Shown here in pieces: positions 30,900 to 45,770 of a DNA stretch of 64,000 nucleotides (position 1 is the first letter of the stretch; each line of letters starts with the position of its first letter). The notes beneath the pieces were generated by a model. That model saw nothing but the letters and a program-made list of their open reading frames with translations, ran no database searches and had not been told where the DNA came from. Origin of the DNA: the human T2T-CHM13v2.0 reference genome, Homo sapiens. The position numbers and the translations under genes were made by a program. The DNA is taken from the NCBI RefSeq assembly GCF_009914755.1, contig NC_060930.1; one strand, written 5' to 3'.

Positions 30900-31165
30900 T
30901 TTAAATGATACAAATGATAAAAAGGCAAAGGTGAAATATTCAACATATGCATAACAGGAATTCAAAGAAAAGATGAATAGAAGAAATTAACAGTTCAACA
31001 ATTAATCAAGGAAAGCTTTTTATCTCTGAAGAAAAACTTGGGTCTGCAAATCAAAAGATTAAAAATTTAGAGTTCTAGGCATAATTAATTTTAAAATATG
31101 TGTATTGAGATGTATTCTGATGAAGTATCTGAAGTTGGAGACTGGAAAAAAGAAAACAGAAAAAC
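30900..31165 (+). mobile_element. Ancient L1M/HAL1 ORF1 fragment
   Basis: 'tattcaacatatgcataacaggaattcaaagaaaag...aacttgggtctgcaaatcaaaag'. Confidence 0.4.
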
Positions 31166-32375
31166 CTTCCATGAAAGCATTTTATTTTGGAAATAGTACA
31201 GAAAGAATGATTTTTTCATGAAGTTATTACTTATTGTTTTCTTACATAAAAGACATGAGATTTAGGTTCATTTGCATCTCTACAATAATAAAAGCCTATA
31301 CTAAATTGACATCTAAGTACATCAAAAGTTTCCTTAGATTGATAACTACTGCTTGGTAACAATTTAGTGGTTGTGTTTGGGAAGAGCTATCATCACCTTT
31401 ATTGTCAAGTTTATTATGAAAAACTTAGGGATAATGTCTTCATCTACCATAATCTATGATGATTTCATATTGTTCTGATTTTTCTTACCATGCTTCGTAC
31501 TTTCACTCTGTTCGTGAATGCGCTTCACAGATCCAGGTTCTCATCAGAAATAGAATTTTTATGTTCATTTTGAAAGGCAAATGAGTAAGGTAAAGGAGGA
31601 CAAGTAAAATAATAAAAATGAACAATTGAGGATATTTCTCTGAAAAAGTAACTTTGGTTGAAAATGGAAGGAAGCAACGTCATATGTTTCTAAATAAGCA
31701 TTTAATAAAGCACAATTGCAGCACAAATTTGAATGGATTCAACTGATACTGCTGAGCTTTTGTTGGTTGAGAGTTAGCTAAAGTGGGAAAAAGAAGTAAT
31801 GTTTTATAAGTGGTAACTTTAATTTAAGAATAAAAAAAGCAGCATATGCACCTCCACAGACTAGGTAAATATTACCCAGCCCTGTTGCTCTGTCTGATAG
31901 ACTTGCCAAAGCCATGACAAAGTCCACGGTGGATGAATGAGCGTAGATTTTTAACATCATGACATGCCCCACTTTGTTTCACCCAGTATACTAATCTAAC
32001 ACTAATTGTTTTCTGGAGTACATAAAATACCAAATTTTTCATATATGCTTTGCATATTTTTTCTTTTTAAGTAACATCTCTTTCTCTTTCATACACATAC
32101 AGTGTACCCAGATATATACAGATGGACACAAAAAACTAGAACTGGAATTCTGCTAATTTCCATACATGTGTATATGTATGTCATAGCTATGCACATGTTT
32201 AATCTCAACAAAGATTCAACAATACTTTTCCAAGTCTCTAGATAAAAGACATTCCAGTAAAACAAACTATTCTTTACTGTCTAAAATAAACATAGGCAAG
32301 TTACAATCCAAAAGTATATAACCCCTGTTCAAGAAATCTTGTTCTACGTGATTTTTGTTTAAAAGGTTAGGAGAT

Positions 32376-32533
32376 AGCTGGGTGTTGTGGTGCCTGTAAT
32401 CCCAGCTACTAGGGGACTGAAGCATAAGGAGCTCTCGAGCCCAGGAGTTCGAGACAGCAGTGAGTTATAATTATGTTTGTGAATAGCCACTGCACTCCCA
32501 CCTGGGCAACAGAGTGAAAACCCGTCTCAAAAA
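32376..32533 (+). mobile_element. FAM (fossil Alu monomer)
   Basis: Monomer retaining the 7SL-like segment 'tgtgaatagccactgcactcc'. Confidence 0.8.
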
Positions 32534-33196
32534 GTAAATTTTAAAAAGAATTAAAAGCACAGGAAATAATGCTAAAAATAAAGCCTAAATTTAAAAATGG
32601 TTGAAACAGCATTATGGGCATTTAAGAGCTGAATAATTAAGAGCAACAATGCTAGAATGAAAGTGCTTAGGCTTGAATTTCAGCTCTGCAATAAACATTC
32701 TCTCATATTCGACACTGATTAATAGAGAGAAAGGGCTTCAAATATGGTATAAAGTGTCAAAAATAGCCACTCGTACAATAAAAATAGAATGTAGACCTCC
32801 GAATTCACCAGAAGAGAAAAACAAGCCAACACACAGAGAGTCCAAATGGGCAAAACAGGAAAGAAAAAAAGAGAAACTGGGAAGTCTGAAGAATAGAAAG
32901 CATGTAACAAGTAAAGCAGAAGAAAGTCTTTTCCTCATCCTCATGCCACTACCCCTACTTTCCATTTCTGATTCCTAGAAAATGTCAAACTCCACAGTCA
33001 AAATACAATAATTGTGATTTCCAGTTTAAATTTCTTCAAAGTGAAACGGGAATTTTAAGCTAATTGTAAAGCAATGCAGGTAAAGAACCCTTCCAAATTT
33101 TAAGGATTATTTCCAGATTTATCATTGTTTTACCTACACCCCGATTCCTGAGCATTTTTCAATGATTTGCCATTACCAAATTTTCCCAAGTACTCA

Positions 33197-33554
33197 TTTA
33201 GTTTAGTTTTGTTTTGTTTTGCTTTTTATATACTTTAAGTTCTAGGGTACATGTGCACAACGTGCAGGTTTGTTACATGTGTATACATGTGCCATGTTGG
33301 TGTGCTGCACCCATTAACTCGTCATTTACATTAGGTATATCTCCTAATGCTATCCCTCCCCCCTCCCCCCACCCCACAACAGGCCCCAGTGTGTGATGTT
33401 CCCCACCCTGTGTCCAAGTGTTCTCATTGTTCAGTTCCCACCTATGAGTGAGAACATGTGGTGTTTGGTTTTTTGTCCTTGCGATAGTTTGCTGAGAATG
33501 ATGGTTTCCAGCTTCATCCATGTCCCTACAAAGGACATGAACTCATCCTTTTTA
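33197..33554 (-). mobile_element. Short 5'-truncated L1PA4-like 3' end with (GTTTT)n-type tail
   Basis: 'tactttaagttctagggtacatgtgcacaacgtgcaggtttg...ttttgtccttgcgatag'. Confidence 0.9.
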
Positions 33555-34884
33555 CACAAGAATAACTATGGAAACTTTAATTAGAATATATAAAGTTAAT
33601 TTGAAACTATGTATACATTTTTATATTTCAAATAAAAATAAAAGGTTTGAAGTGTTAAAAAAAAAAAAAAAGAAAATGTGAAACTCTTTCCTGATTTCTG
33701 TTGCATATCTAAGCAAGGAGAATAAAAGTAGGCATTTGGTACTGCAGCTAAACCTAGAGAAATAGACAAAGGTGCTCCTAGCATAATAATGCACAGAACA
33801 CGTGCACTGTGCTATATCTCTGTGGTATGTCTGATTGCTTTACAGCTTCCTCTCCCACAGAATCCAAAATACAACCACCCCCACACAATCCCAGCCTTAT
33901 CTAAAATAGAAACAGCTGGAAGTAAATAATAATTCCTCTGAAGCTGAGGAGAAAACCATAATCAATGGTCACCGCAGGTGAGAAAGAAAAAGCAGAGAAA
34001 GTCATAAGGAGGAGCTTTGAATTTCCTAGTGACTAGGAGAGGGGAAGCTTCACAAGGCAGCTCTGGAGCTGAGCCAGAAGAGCTGGAGGAACGAGAAGAG
34101 TAGGAAGAGAAGCCACTCCTAAATCCTTAACCCCACTGGACTCTGTATGTGATGGAATGTCAGACTCCAGGCTGAAGTTCTGCTATATGCAGTCCACTGA
34201 ACCTTGTACTTGTTCAGTTAAGTGTAAGGGCATTTAGTATTGAAAAGTTCCACCCCTCCTAGCTACTAGTAATAAGAGTCTCAAAATTAGACGCAGGTAA
34301 GATTTCACAGATAAATAAGGCTGTACCTTTGTGACGAAAATCTTTAATTTACTTAAGGGCCTTTGAACAGAGTGTGCCTCCTTAGTGACTACACACCCCT
34401 GTATTAAGACATAGTACATTCCTCAATCACTTATCCAAATGTTCAACAATTGGCCATTCAGCTCCACTGAATAGGAGTCTTCCAGTAGTCAGGGAAACCA
34501 GTTTAGAGAGCCCAGCCCTCTGGGGTGTTAAAGGCTCTGATATCCATCTTGAGACTCTCCTTTGGGTCATTTTGACCCGTCCTCAATTTCTGATACTTCT
34601 TTTCTGTATTAGTGACAAATCCTTACCCACTGGAAGGCAAAGCTAAACATAACACCAATGCCTTGATGTTTTTATTTTTCTCCACTTTCACTGCCCTCCA
34701 CAGTATCAGGGCAACCAGTGGAAATTATTTCCTTAAGTGTGATGTTGTCATAGCCCTAATAGTAAGCTTCTCCACAGAAAATGTTTTGAACTCATATATC
34801 CTAGACACAGCTGTAGTTTGATTTAGAGTTGTCAAATAAAATGTATTTGGATCTATGTGATTTCATTTTTTAAATATCTTTATT

Positions 34885-35122
34885 ATGACTAATGCAATCT
34901 GGCATTCTGAATTGGATCCTGAGACAGAAAAGAAGAAAAAATGTGAAATCTGGATGAAGTTTAGAATTCAGTTGAAGTGAAGTATCATTAGTTTTTTGAC
35001 AAATGTACCATGGCAGTATAAGTTGTTAACTTTAGAGGAAACAGGATCTCTCTGTATTGTGTTTGTATTGAATTTTTCCATAAATCTAAAATTCTTCTAC
35101 ATTAAAAGTTTATTTTTTAAAA
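34885..35122 (+). mobile_element. Old L1MC/L1ME 3' end fragment
   Basis: 'gaattggatcctgagacagaaaa...ttttgacaaatgtaccatgg...aaatctaaaatt...taaaagtttatt'. Confidence 0.65.
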
Positions 35123-35577
35123 ATCCCTTAACTCATCAGGTACAAGAAACAGGCATTTAGAAGCCTTTTGTAGCAGTTGGAGAAAACAGGTAAAACAAGT
35201 CACTGTCTTGCACACAACAAAAGTCTTTAGAGAAGAGACAGCAGCTAGCCTTTCTTCAGGCAGGTTCTTCATAGAAAGATCAAGATTTAACCTCCATTTA
35301 AATCTCATGTAGACATTTTCTTGTATTCTCTGTTTTAATTTTTTTTTAAAAGTCAACTTTCTTCTAGTAATGGAGAAGTATTTTAATTTCAAAAATTCTT
35401 TAGGGGCAAAATAAATACAATAATCCAGAGGGATGGAACCTAGTCATCAGACTGCTCATGAATGAGATTTCTCATTGCCATTTCACACCCACTAACAAAA
35501 CTCTCAGGCATAGCTAATATAATAAAAAGACCAAATCTACTTGTTATGCAATATGCGTAAATGGGTTATATTGCCTC

Positions 35578-36465
35578 TGAGAACTAAAAACAAAATCCTA
35601 AGCCCCCCAACCAACCATACAGACTCCCTCTTGGCCGATGGGTGCCCAAAGAAACCTTAAAAGCTGTGTTCCCAGCCATGACTTAACAGGGAGTCAGACA
35701 TGCCTCATTATACCCAAACACAACTGACAAGCATTAACATTAAAACAGAAATAATAAGACGGATGATGGAACAGACTCCTTGTGGCAATAAGATACCAAA
35801 TTATAAATGAGACCTAAGCCCATGCTAGGCGAGGGTTAAGTCACACCCCCATCCCCCACACTTAATAAACTGTGTGCTAACTGCCGCAAGTTTTCTCTTT
35901 TTCTCTAGCAGCTAAACAAACACTAGCCTCAAGATAAGCAATATATTACCAATCACAGCTTATTCACCACCAGACACTGACTGACCTCCTTGCCTGTTCC
36001 ACAAGGCATAACTACAGCTTTGATTGGACAAGACTGATTTCAGTAACTTTCTTCTGATAAGAGACCATCAACCATGGACTGGTTCTGGCCAGTTTACAGA
36101 AGCTGCACACTGAGTGCCTTCATGTCCCTGCTTCACCTTTTGATGTGTAAGGCCTAATTGTAATATATTTAAATGTTAAGTCTCCACCCCAAAGTGAACA
36201 TGAGACATATGTAACATACATATTTCGTTACTATCCTGTGTGCATTCCCCTGTTTATGAATATTCATAGCTATTCCCATAGCCTGTTTAATATATATACT
36301 TAGCCAACCCCTTCAGCATAAATTCCTGTCTCACCTTTCCTCCCTTGAAGTACTTGTTTTCAGTCCCTGCCAGAGGCCCACTTCCCAGCCTGCAGGTTAT
36401 AATCCTTTTTAAGAAATAAATCTAACCTTTTCTAAATTTGTAGGCCTCATGATTTTATGTTGAAA
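35578..36465 (+). mobile_element. ERV1 (MER4-group, LTR48-like) solo LTR with 4-bp TSD CCTC
   Basis: 'tgagaactaaaaacaaaatcctaagcccccc...ctcttggcc...gaaaccttaaaagctg', polyA signal 'gaaataaa' ~36413-36420; CCTC at 35574-35577 and 36466-36469. Confidence 0.82.
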
Positions 36466-36549
36466 CCTCTTTAAAGCACAAAGATGCTAAATTTGAGTCC
36501 AAAATAATAACCAACTAAATACATTTCATAAGAAAAAAAAACACTGAGG

Positions 36550-38360
36550 GACTTTTGGCTGAAAATGGCATAATGAGTTCACACTTTGAAAACTGTCTCT
36601 GTTACAGAGATGTACAAATGACAGGAAAATAATATTAAAAGAAGAAAATTAAACAACTTAACAGTTAAACATTATGATGGTCTAGAAATGGACAGAAAAG
36701 CACAATGATCAATGGAGACTGAATGTACAGAATGGCTAGGCTTTGCAGCAGAAGTTGACAGTGGGAACAAAGGAAACTAGAAGACCACCATCCTCCATGT
36801 AAAACCAGTGCCAGGCTCATGTTTTTTTTGGAAGCCAAAGTCTGGGTTTGGCTGAAAATCCTGAAAGAAAGCTTGAAAATGATAAATAATAATATTATTA
36901 AAATAAGGAAAAAAAATCTTACAGAGTGCTACCCGGGATTATAGTTCTATTTAGGGAGGCAGAAGACTTAGAACAGCACTTGATCAGGAAATAAGGCCAA
37001 AAACCTTTCTCTCTCCCACCACCTTTTCTCTGTCTACAGCATTCCAAACATCATCATGGAAAATCAGCATTAAAAAATGGCAAGACCTGGTTTTGGATTA
37101 GGAATCAAGAGGCAGAGTGGAGGCAGCAGCAATACCATTCCGCAGAGATGGGTAAAGAAAGCAAAGAAAAGAAAAATCTCCCACTGAAAATTAATGTCAT
37201 GTTCCCCCCCAAAATAATCCATGATATATCTGTGGTAGGCAGAATTCTAAAATGACTCAAGATTTCTGCTTCCTGGTTGATATATCCTATGTAATTCTCT
37301 CCTTTTGAGTGTAGGCAGAGCCTGTGAATATGATTAACGGCACTTTGGTGATTAAGTTACATTATATGGCAAAGGTGCAAACACTTTGCAAATATAATTA
37401 AGTTCAATCAATTGACTTGAGATCATGAAAAGAGAGAGAATCCTTGATGGGCCTGACTTCATCAGGTGAGTTCTTTAAAAGAAGTCAAAGATCCTAAGTC
37501 CTGTTGGCCTTGAAGACACAGGCCAACATTAGTTTTACAGCTGCAAGGACATAAATTCTGCTAACAATGACTTGAGCTTGGAAGAGAACTCCAAGTCTCA
37601 GAGGAGGCTTCGGCCCTGTTGGACACCTTAATTGCAGCTTGTTAGATTCTGAGCTAGATGTTTCTGGATTTCTAAAACATGAAAAGTGTAGGATAATAAA
37701 TATGTGTTATTTTAAGACATTTCATTTGTGGTGACTTTTAGACAGCAATAAAAAAAGAACAATAGAAATACCAGTACTAGGAAAGGCAACCAACAATATT
37801 AATAACTGGTATAGGAATTCACTCCAGGTGAAATTCATCCCATAAAATAGTTTGACAAAGGCATTTTAAAATATATTGCAAATATTCAGTGGGATCAGTG
37901 AAGGCATCACTTAAATTAAAAGCAGAAGAAAACAGAAAACTGAGTAGTAAACAAAAACAAAATAAGAACATGTAAATTTCAAGATATTGTAAATATAAAA
38001 TATAGCAATTGGAGTAAAAAATGCAATGAGGAATAAAGTAGTTTACATAGTCAAAATGATAAGTAGGCTGACAATACTAAGAAACTCACTAGAATGCAGA
38101 GCAGAATCAAAGGTTTATAAAAACATGAAAGAAACTAGATAAAAATTTATTTGTGAATTGATAATAGGAGGTTATACTCAAAAACTTTAAACAATATTAA
38201 AAATATGGTAATGAATATTTAACAGACAAAGCATAACAAGGCCTTTTTATAGTTAGGGGGGATATAAAATAATGAACTGTAGAAGGCATTCAAAATAATA
38301 TAAATATTAATCTTAAATCATAGAAATAATGTATTTCTTGTACTATGGCAGAATATATAA
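36550..38360 (+). mobile_element. Ancient HAL1/L1M 5'-ORF1 relic, interrupted by MLT1E
   Basis: Start-like 'gacttttggctgaaaatggc', then A-rich ORF1-like sequence on both sides of the MLT1; weak similarity only. Confidence 0.35.
37231..37761 (+). mobile_element. MLT1E-family solo LTR
   Basis: 'tgtggtaggcagaattctaaaatg...gagtgtaggcagagcctgtgaatatg...gttacattatatggcaaagg...tgtgttattttaag...gcaata'. Confidence 0.78.
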
Positions 38361-38369
38361 CCAGAAAAG

Positions 38370-38491
38370 AGCTGGGTACAGTGGTTTATGCCTGCAATCC
38401 CAGCTACTTGGGAGGCTGAAGTGGGAGGATCCCTTGAGGCCAGAAGTTCAAGATCAGGCTGGGCAACATAGCGAGACCCCTTATCTCAAAA
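38370..38491 (+). mobile_element. FLAM (free left Alu monomer) followed by AT-rich low-complexity sequence to ~38620
   Basis: ~120-bp left-arm monomer ending 'gggcaacatagcgagacccc...tctcaaaa'. Confidence 0.82.
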
Positions 38492-38699
38492 TATAAATAT
38501 GAATATGTTTAATTATATATAAAATATATATTTATACATTATTAAATCAATACATAAATATATAATCATAAAAGTTTAAATATGTTAAATCAATTTATAA
38601 ATATATATAATCATAAAAGTTTCCAAATACAAAATACCTGGAAATGCTGGATAAAATTTAAAGTATGGACTCAACAGTGGCTGACACAAAAAGAGGATG

Positions 38700-41620
<2,921 letters not shown>

Positions 41621-42009
41621 AAATTCATTGCTCAGCTTTACTGCTGTGGGAAGTGTAAACGACTGACAGCTCAAGCCCTTGCCCTTCTGGCTCCACCACC
41701 ACATCCTGCCCAGGCCACGCTTCCAATGGGCTGCATTTAGCCAATGACTTTACACAGAGGGCCCACTGATGCGGGCCCATTCCTGAAGACACAGGACTTT
41801 TTAAATGGAGCACTTTGTCTCAAGGACTTTTCATCAGACTGGACAAAACTTTTCAGAAATTGTGTTGCAGTCTGAAACTCTTTATATACATTGGCCCTTC
41901 CTTGTCACTCCATTTCAGAGATGTCAGAACTGCATTGAAGGCTTTTTCCATCTTCTCTGGTTCTCTCCCTTATTTTCAGAGCTATTTTCCCCAATAAATC
42001 CCTTGCTAT

Positions 42010-43191
42010 TGTGGTAGGCTCAGATATGGCCTCCAAAGATATCAGGTCATAATTCCTAGAACTTTCTAATGCATCTTATTTGGGAAAAGGATCTCTGCAT
42101 ATGTGATTAGTTGAGAATCCTGAGATGAGGAGATTATCCTGGATTATCTGGCTGGGCCCTAAAGGGCAGTTAGCACAACTGCCCTTATAAGAGAGAGGCA
42201 GAGGGAAGTTTGACATAAATATAAACAGAGGAGAAGGCAGTGTGATGTCCACAAAAAACTCAAACTCTGTAATATATTTGAAGAGATATTCTAAGCCAAA
42301 TATGAGTAACAAATGCCCTGTGACACACCCCTCAGGAAATCTTGGGAACATGTGCCCAACATGTTCAAGCAACAACTTGGTTTTATACATTTTAAGGAGA
42401 CATAAGATGTCAATATATACATGTAAGAAGTACACTGATTTGGTCCAGAAAGGTGGGACAACTGGAAGAGAGAGTGGGTGGTTTCCAGGTCATAGGTGGA
42501 TTCAAATATTTTCTGACTGGCCATTGTTGAGCTATTATCTAAAGACCTGGAATCAAAAGAAAGAAATGTAGGGGTTACCATGAGGGGTTGTGAAGACCAA
42601 GATTGTTATCATAGAGATGAAGCCTCCAGATAACAAGCTTCAGAGCGAATAGATTGTAAATGTTTCTTATTCAGATTTAAAGAATCTGTTCTATCAGTCT
42701 TAAGGTCTCTGTTTTAATGTTAATACTGGTTACTTGGCCCTGAATTCCAAAAGGGACGAGGGTATAATGAGGGCTGTTCAGCTGCCCTTTCCCATCGTGG
42801 CCTAAGCTAGTTTTTCAGGTTAGCTTTGGAATGCTCTTGGCCAAGAGGAGGGATCCATTTGGATGGTTGCAGGGCTTAGAATTCTATTTTTGGTTTACAG
42901 TGATGAATAGCAGAGACAGAGAGAGAGAAAGAGAGAGAGAGAGGGATTTTAAGACTCTGGTGATACAAAGGAACACGAGCAGCCAGCAGAAGCTGGAAAA
43001 GGCAAGGAAAATATTATCCCCTAGAGCTTTTGGAGGGAGTGCTGCTTTCCTGACACCTTTATCTTGACGAGTGAAACTAATTTCAGGCAGAAACTGATTT
43101 TAGTTCTGGCCTCCAGAACTGAAATAATTGTGCTGTTTAAAACTACTAAATTTGTGGTCATTAGTTAGAGCAGCCAAATGAAACTAATACA
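42010..43191 (+). mobile_element. MLT1C-like solo LTR split by MER4A
   Basis: 'tgtggtagg...gagatgaggagattatcctggattatc...gagagaggcagagggaag' and '...ctggcctccagaact...aaactaataca'. Confidence 0.8.
42246..42899 (-). mobile_element. MER4A-like ERV1 solo LTR, TSD GTGA
   Basis: Reverse strand begins 'tgtaaaccaaaaatagaattctaagccc'; 654 bp; GTGA at 42242-42245 and 42900-42903. Confidence 0.88.
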
Positions 43192-43240
43192 CTGTCTAAT
43201 TCTTTCTTGGTGCCTGCCTCTTGAACATCTCAACAAGCAT

Positions 43241-44745
43241 AAATGGTACCTGCCACTTGTGGTCCAAGAAAAGCAGTTTGATGGGGTGTGGGAACTAGCT
43301 CACTCACTGCCTCATTAAAAGGGTGCCATCCTGCACAGCCTCATTAAAAGGGTGCCATCCTGCGTGGTATATGAGGCAGGGTAGCCTTGGCATCAGGACA
43401 CTGAATTGCTAAAGGTCGCCAACGGTGCCTTGGGAAGGCCTTTAGAAGACAAAGGGCAGCAGTGTCTGTAAAGACGACAGAGGTTGGAGGTTCCTGCTAC
43501 AAAGGAATAAACTACAAAAGAATAACAAGAAACTGAGGGCTGTCGTGCAGTTAAAGGCTAAGTGTGAAAGCCATTAGCCTGTTTGATAGCCTACAAAATG
43601 GAAGACAAGACATTAGTGAGCAGCAGATTGAAGATCTGGAAAGTTAAGTCACAGAGATCTACAGATGATTCAATACTCAGTTGAGGAAGGTGTGTTGCCC
43701 TAAGATCAGGGCCCTGGGTAGAAAACCATGAAACAAAAACATGAATCCTTTTGCTGGAGATGCCACAGAGGCTCCACCCCTGCAAAGAAACAGGTATTTC
43801 TCTTGGGAGATGTCCTTACTTTCTTTTCTGGATGGCAGCTTTAAAACTAGAATAAATCTGAGCATAACCTGCACGGGCACATGTTAAGCCTGATAAGGGA
43901 GGAAGTACGCTATACACCAAAGAAGCTACAAGAAATATCTATCTTTTACCAGTGAGAGACAGGAGAGTACCTCTGGTATTGCATTTATGGGGCACTTTGG
44001 TCAAGAAGGCTGGCATATACAACTGCATAAACAAAGATGTATTGACTTGGATCACTTCCTCCAGGCACAATATTTAACCACCTGGCAGGAACCTCATGGA
44101 GTGGCTACATTTGTTGCCAGAGTGGCTCTTGGAAATCTGAGGAAAGTGACAGCCCATGCTGAGTGAGGTGGAAATGTCAGAGTCACCTGACAGGTGGTAG
44201 AGGAAAGAAAAAAAGAGGCTGAGAGAAGTGGGCATGCTAGACAAGGCGTGAAAGATCAGAATACTGACCAGAGAATTATGTTTCACTGGGAGAATGGAAC
44301 ACCAAGTAACACACCGTCCATCAGGAATGCGCTGATACATCACTAAGAAGCTCTGTGGTGGCTGCCTTTGCAGGCCGGGGCTGGTTATGGGAGATGTGGT
44401 CATAGAGCTGGTTCGTTCATGTCTGTGGGGAAGAGAGGACCCTGTAATAAAAGATAGTAGTTCAGGTAGTGGTACTAAGCCACCAGAAACACCTTAACTA
44501 CAGGCAAGGCCAGAGGGTAATCTAGAGGCTTTGACTTTCAGGGAGTTGTTAAGAGAGCTTTGTACCTTGAGGAGAAAAACAGACATGCAACTAACAATGG
44601 TGCTGCGTAATGTCTACAACCAGATAAAAAGCAATGGAAGAGCTGGAAACTGAGAGTGACCAGCACGACAAAAAGTTATACTCCCACTCAGTTCCCGAAT
44701 CTGAGCCACTTTTTAGATTCAGAACACATTGACTCAAGAAGTGCT
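43241..44745 (+). mobile_element. ERVL internal 5' leader/gag relic (ERV3-16A3_I-like)
   Basis: Begins right after the LTR with 'aatggtacc...gtggtccaagaaaagcag'; gag-like 'tataca ccaaagaagctacaagaa' and 'caggtagtggtactaagccaccagaa'. Confidence 0.65.
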
Positions 44746-44749
44746 CTAG

Positions 44750-44826
44750 ATTATTCAGTCCTACTTTAAAGACACTGAGGTACAGGCAAGATAAATAGCT
44801 GTCCCAAGATTACACAGCTAGTGTGT
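44750..44826 (-). mobile_element. MIR core fragment
   Basis: 'actgaggtacag...gtcccaagattacacagctagt'. Confidence 0.55.
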
Positions 44827-44929
44827 TAAGGAACAAAAGAAAATAAATTTGTAATACAATTACAATAAATAAATAAATTTGTACAATAAAAGTTAATATG
44901 TAAAGGAATGAAGAAGATTAATAATCACA

Positions 44930-45770
44930 AAAATGTACAAAAGAGTACAAGTGATTAATAAGTATATGAAAACATTATTAAAGGAAGGAATGCAAATTAA
45001 AATAATGTGCTATCATGTTAAACTTGATTAATAAATATTTAATAATATGCTAAGCTAAAATTCAGGAGTATATAAACTGGTATATCATTTCTGGAGGTCA
45101 TTTTCACTGTATTTATAAAAACATAAATTTGGGAGGCTGTTTGACCTATAAATTACACACTTAGGAATTTATTCTACATGAATCATCAGACATGTGTGAA
45201 ACAGTTTATGTACAAGGACAATAACAGCATAAAATATAGCAATGGAAAAATTTTAAAGTAGCCTTTAATGTATAAAAAAGATTATGGAAAAATTAATGTT
45301 TAAAAAAGATTAAGGAAAAATATTATGATATATATAAACATACAATAGAATAATACAAAGCCATTAAATAATATTAAGTAATATTTAAGAACATGAAAAT
45401 TTTCACAAAACATTGTTAGGTATGAAATGGTGAATTAAAAATAATTTTTATATTGGTGTACAAAAATAAGTGAAAATGAAATAAGGATTCATAGAACTGG
45501 GGGTGAATGAAGTCAGTTATGGCAATACCGTCATTAACCCAGGAAAGCTAATACTTTAAAGTAAAAACAAAAGAAGTAGAATGTTGAGAGCAATTTTGCT
45601 CCCCCAAAAAATGTGTGTGTGTGTGTATAATCATAAACTTTACACCAAAATGATACTGTTGCTTATCTTTCTATCTTGTAATTATGCATAAAGAACTACT
45701 CTTTTTTTTCATTATTTTATCAATGAACATGTAGGAACAAACAAGAAATGGTATTATAAAAAAATTGTTC
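44930..45770 (+). mobile_element. L1ME-type 3' region relic
   Basis: 'gaatgcaaattaaaataa...tataaactggtatatcatttctggagg...tttgacctataaattacacacttaggaatttattcta'. Confidence 0.6.

Larger units (their letters stand above)
41622..43240 (+). mobile_element. LTR16-family (ERVL) LTR split by MLT1C
   Basis: 'gactgacagctc...ccaggccacgcttcc...agccaatgact...gggcccattcctg...ccccaataaatcccttgc', resuming 'tgtctaattctttcttggtgcctgcctct' at 43193. Confidence 0.7.

Noticed and set aside
32376-32533. 7SL RNA gene or pseudogene
   Set aside because: Lacks the S domain; length and structure fit FAM.
32673-32978. 101-aa Lys/Glu-rich ORF
   Set aside because: Non-ATG start, A-rich composition, no recognisable homology.
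38495-38625. AT-rich ~43-bp tandem duplication (similar small ones at ~45273-45325 and 20495-20528)
   Set aside because: Ordinary slippage in low-complexity or tail-derived sequence.
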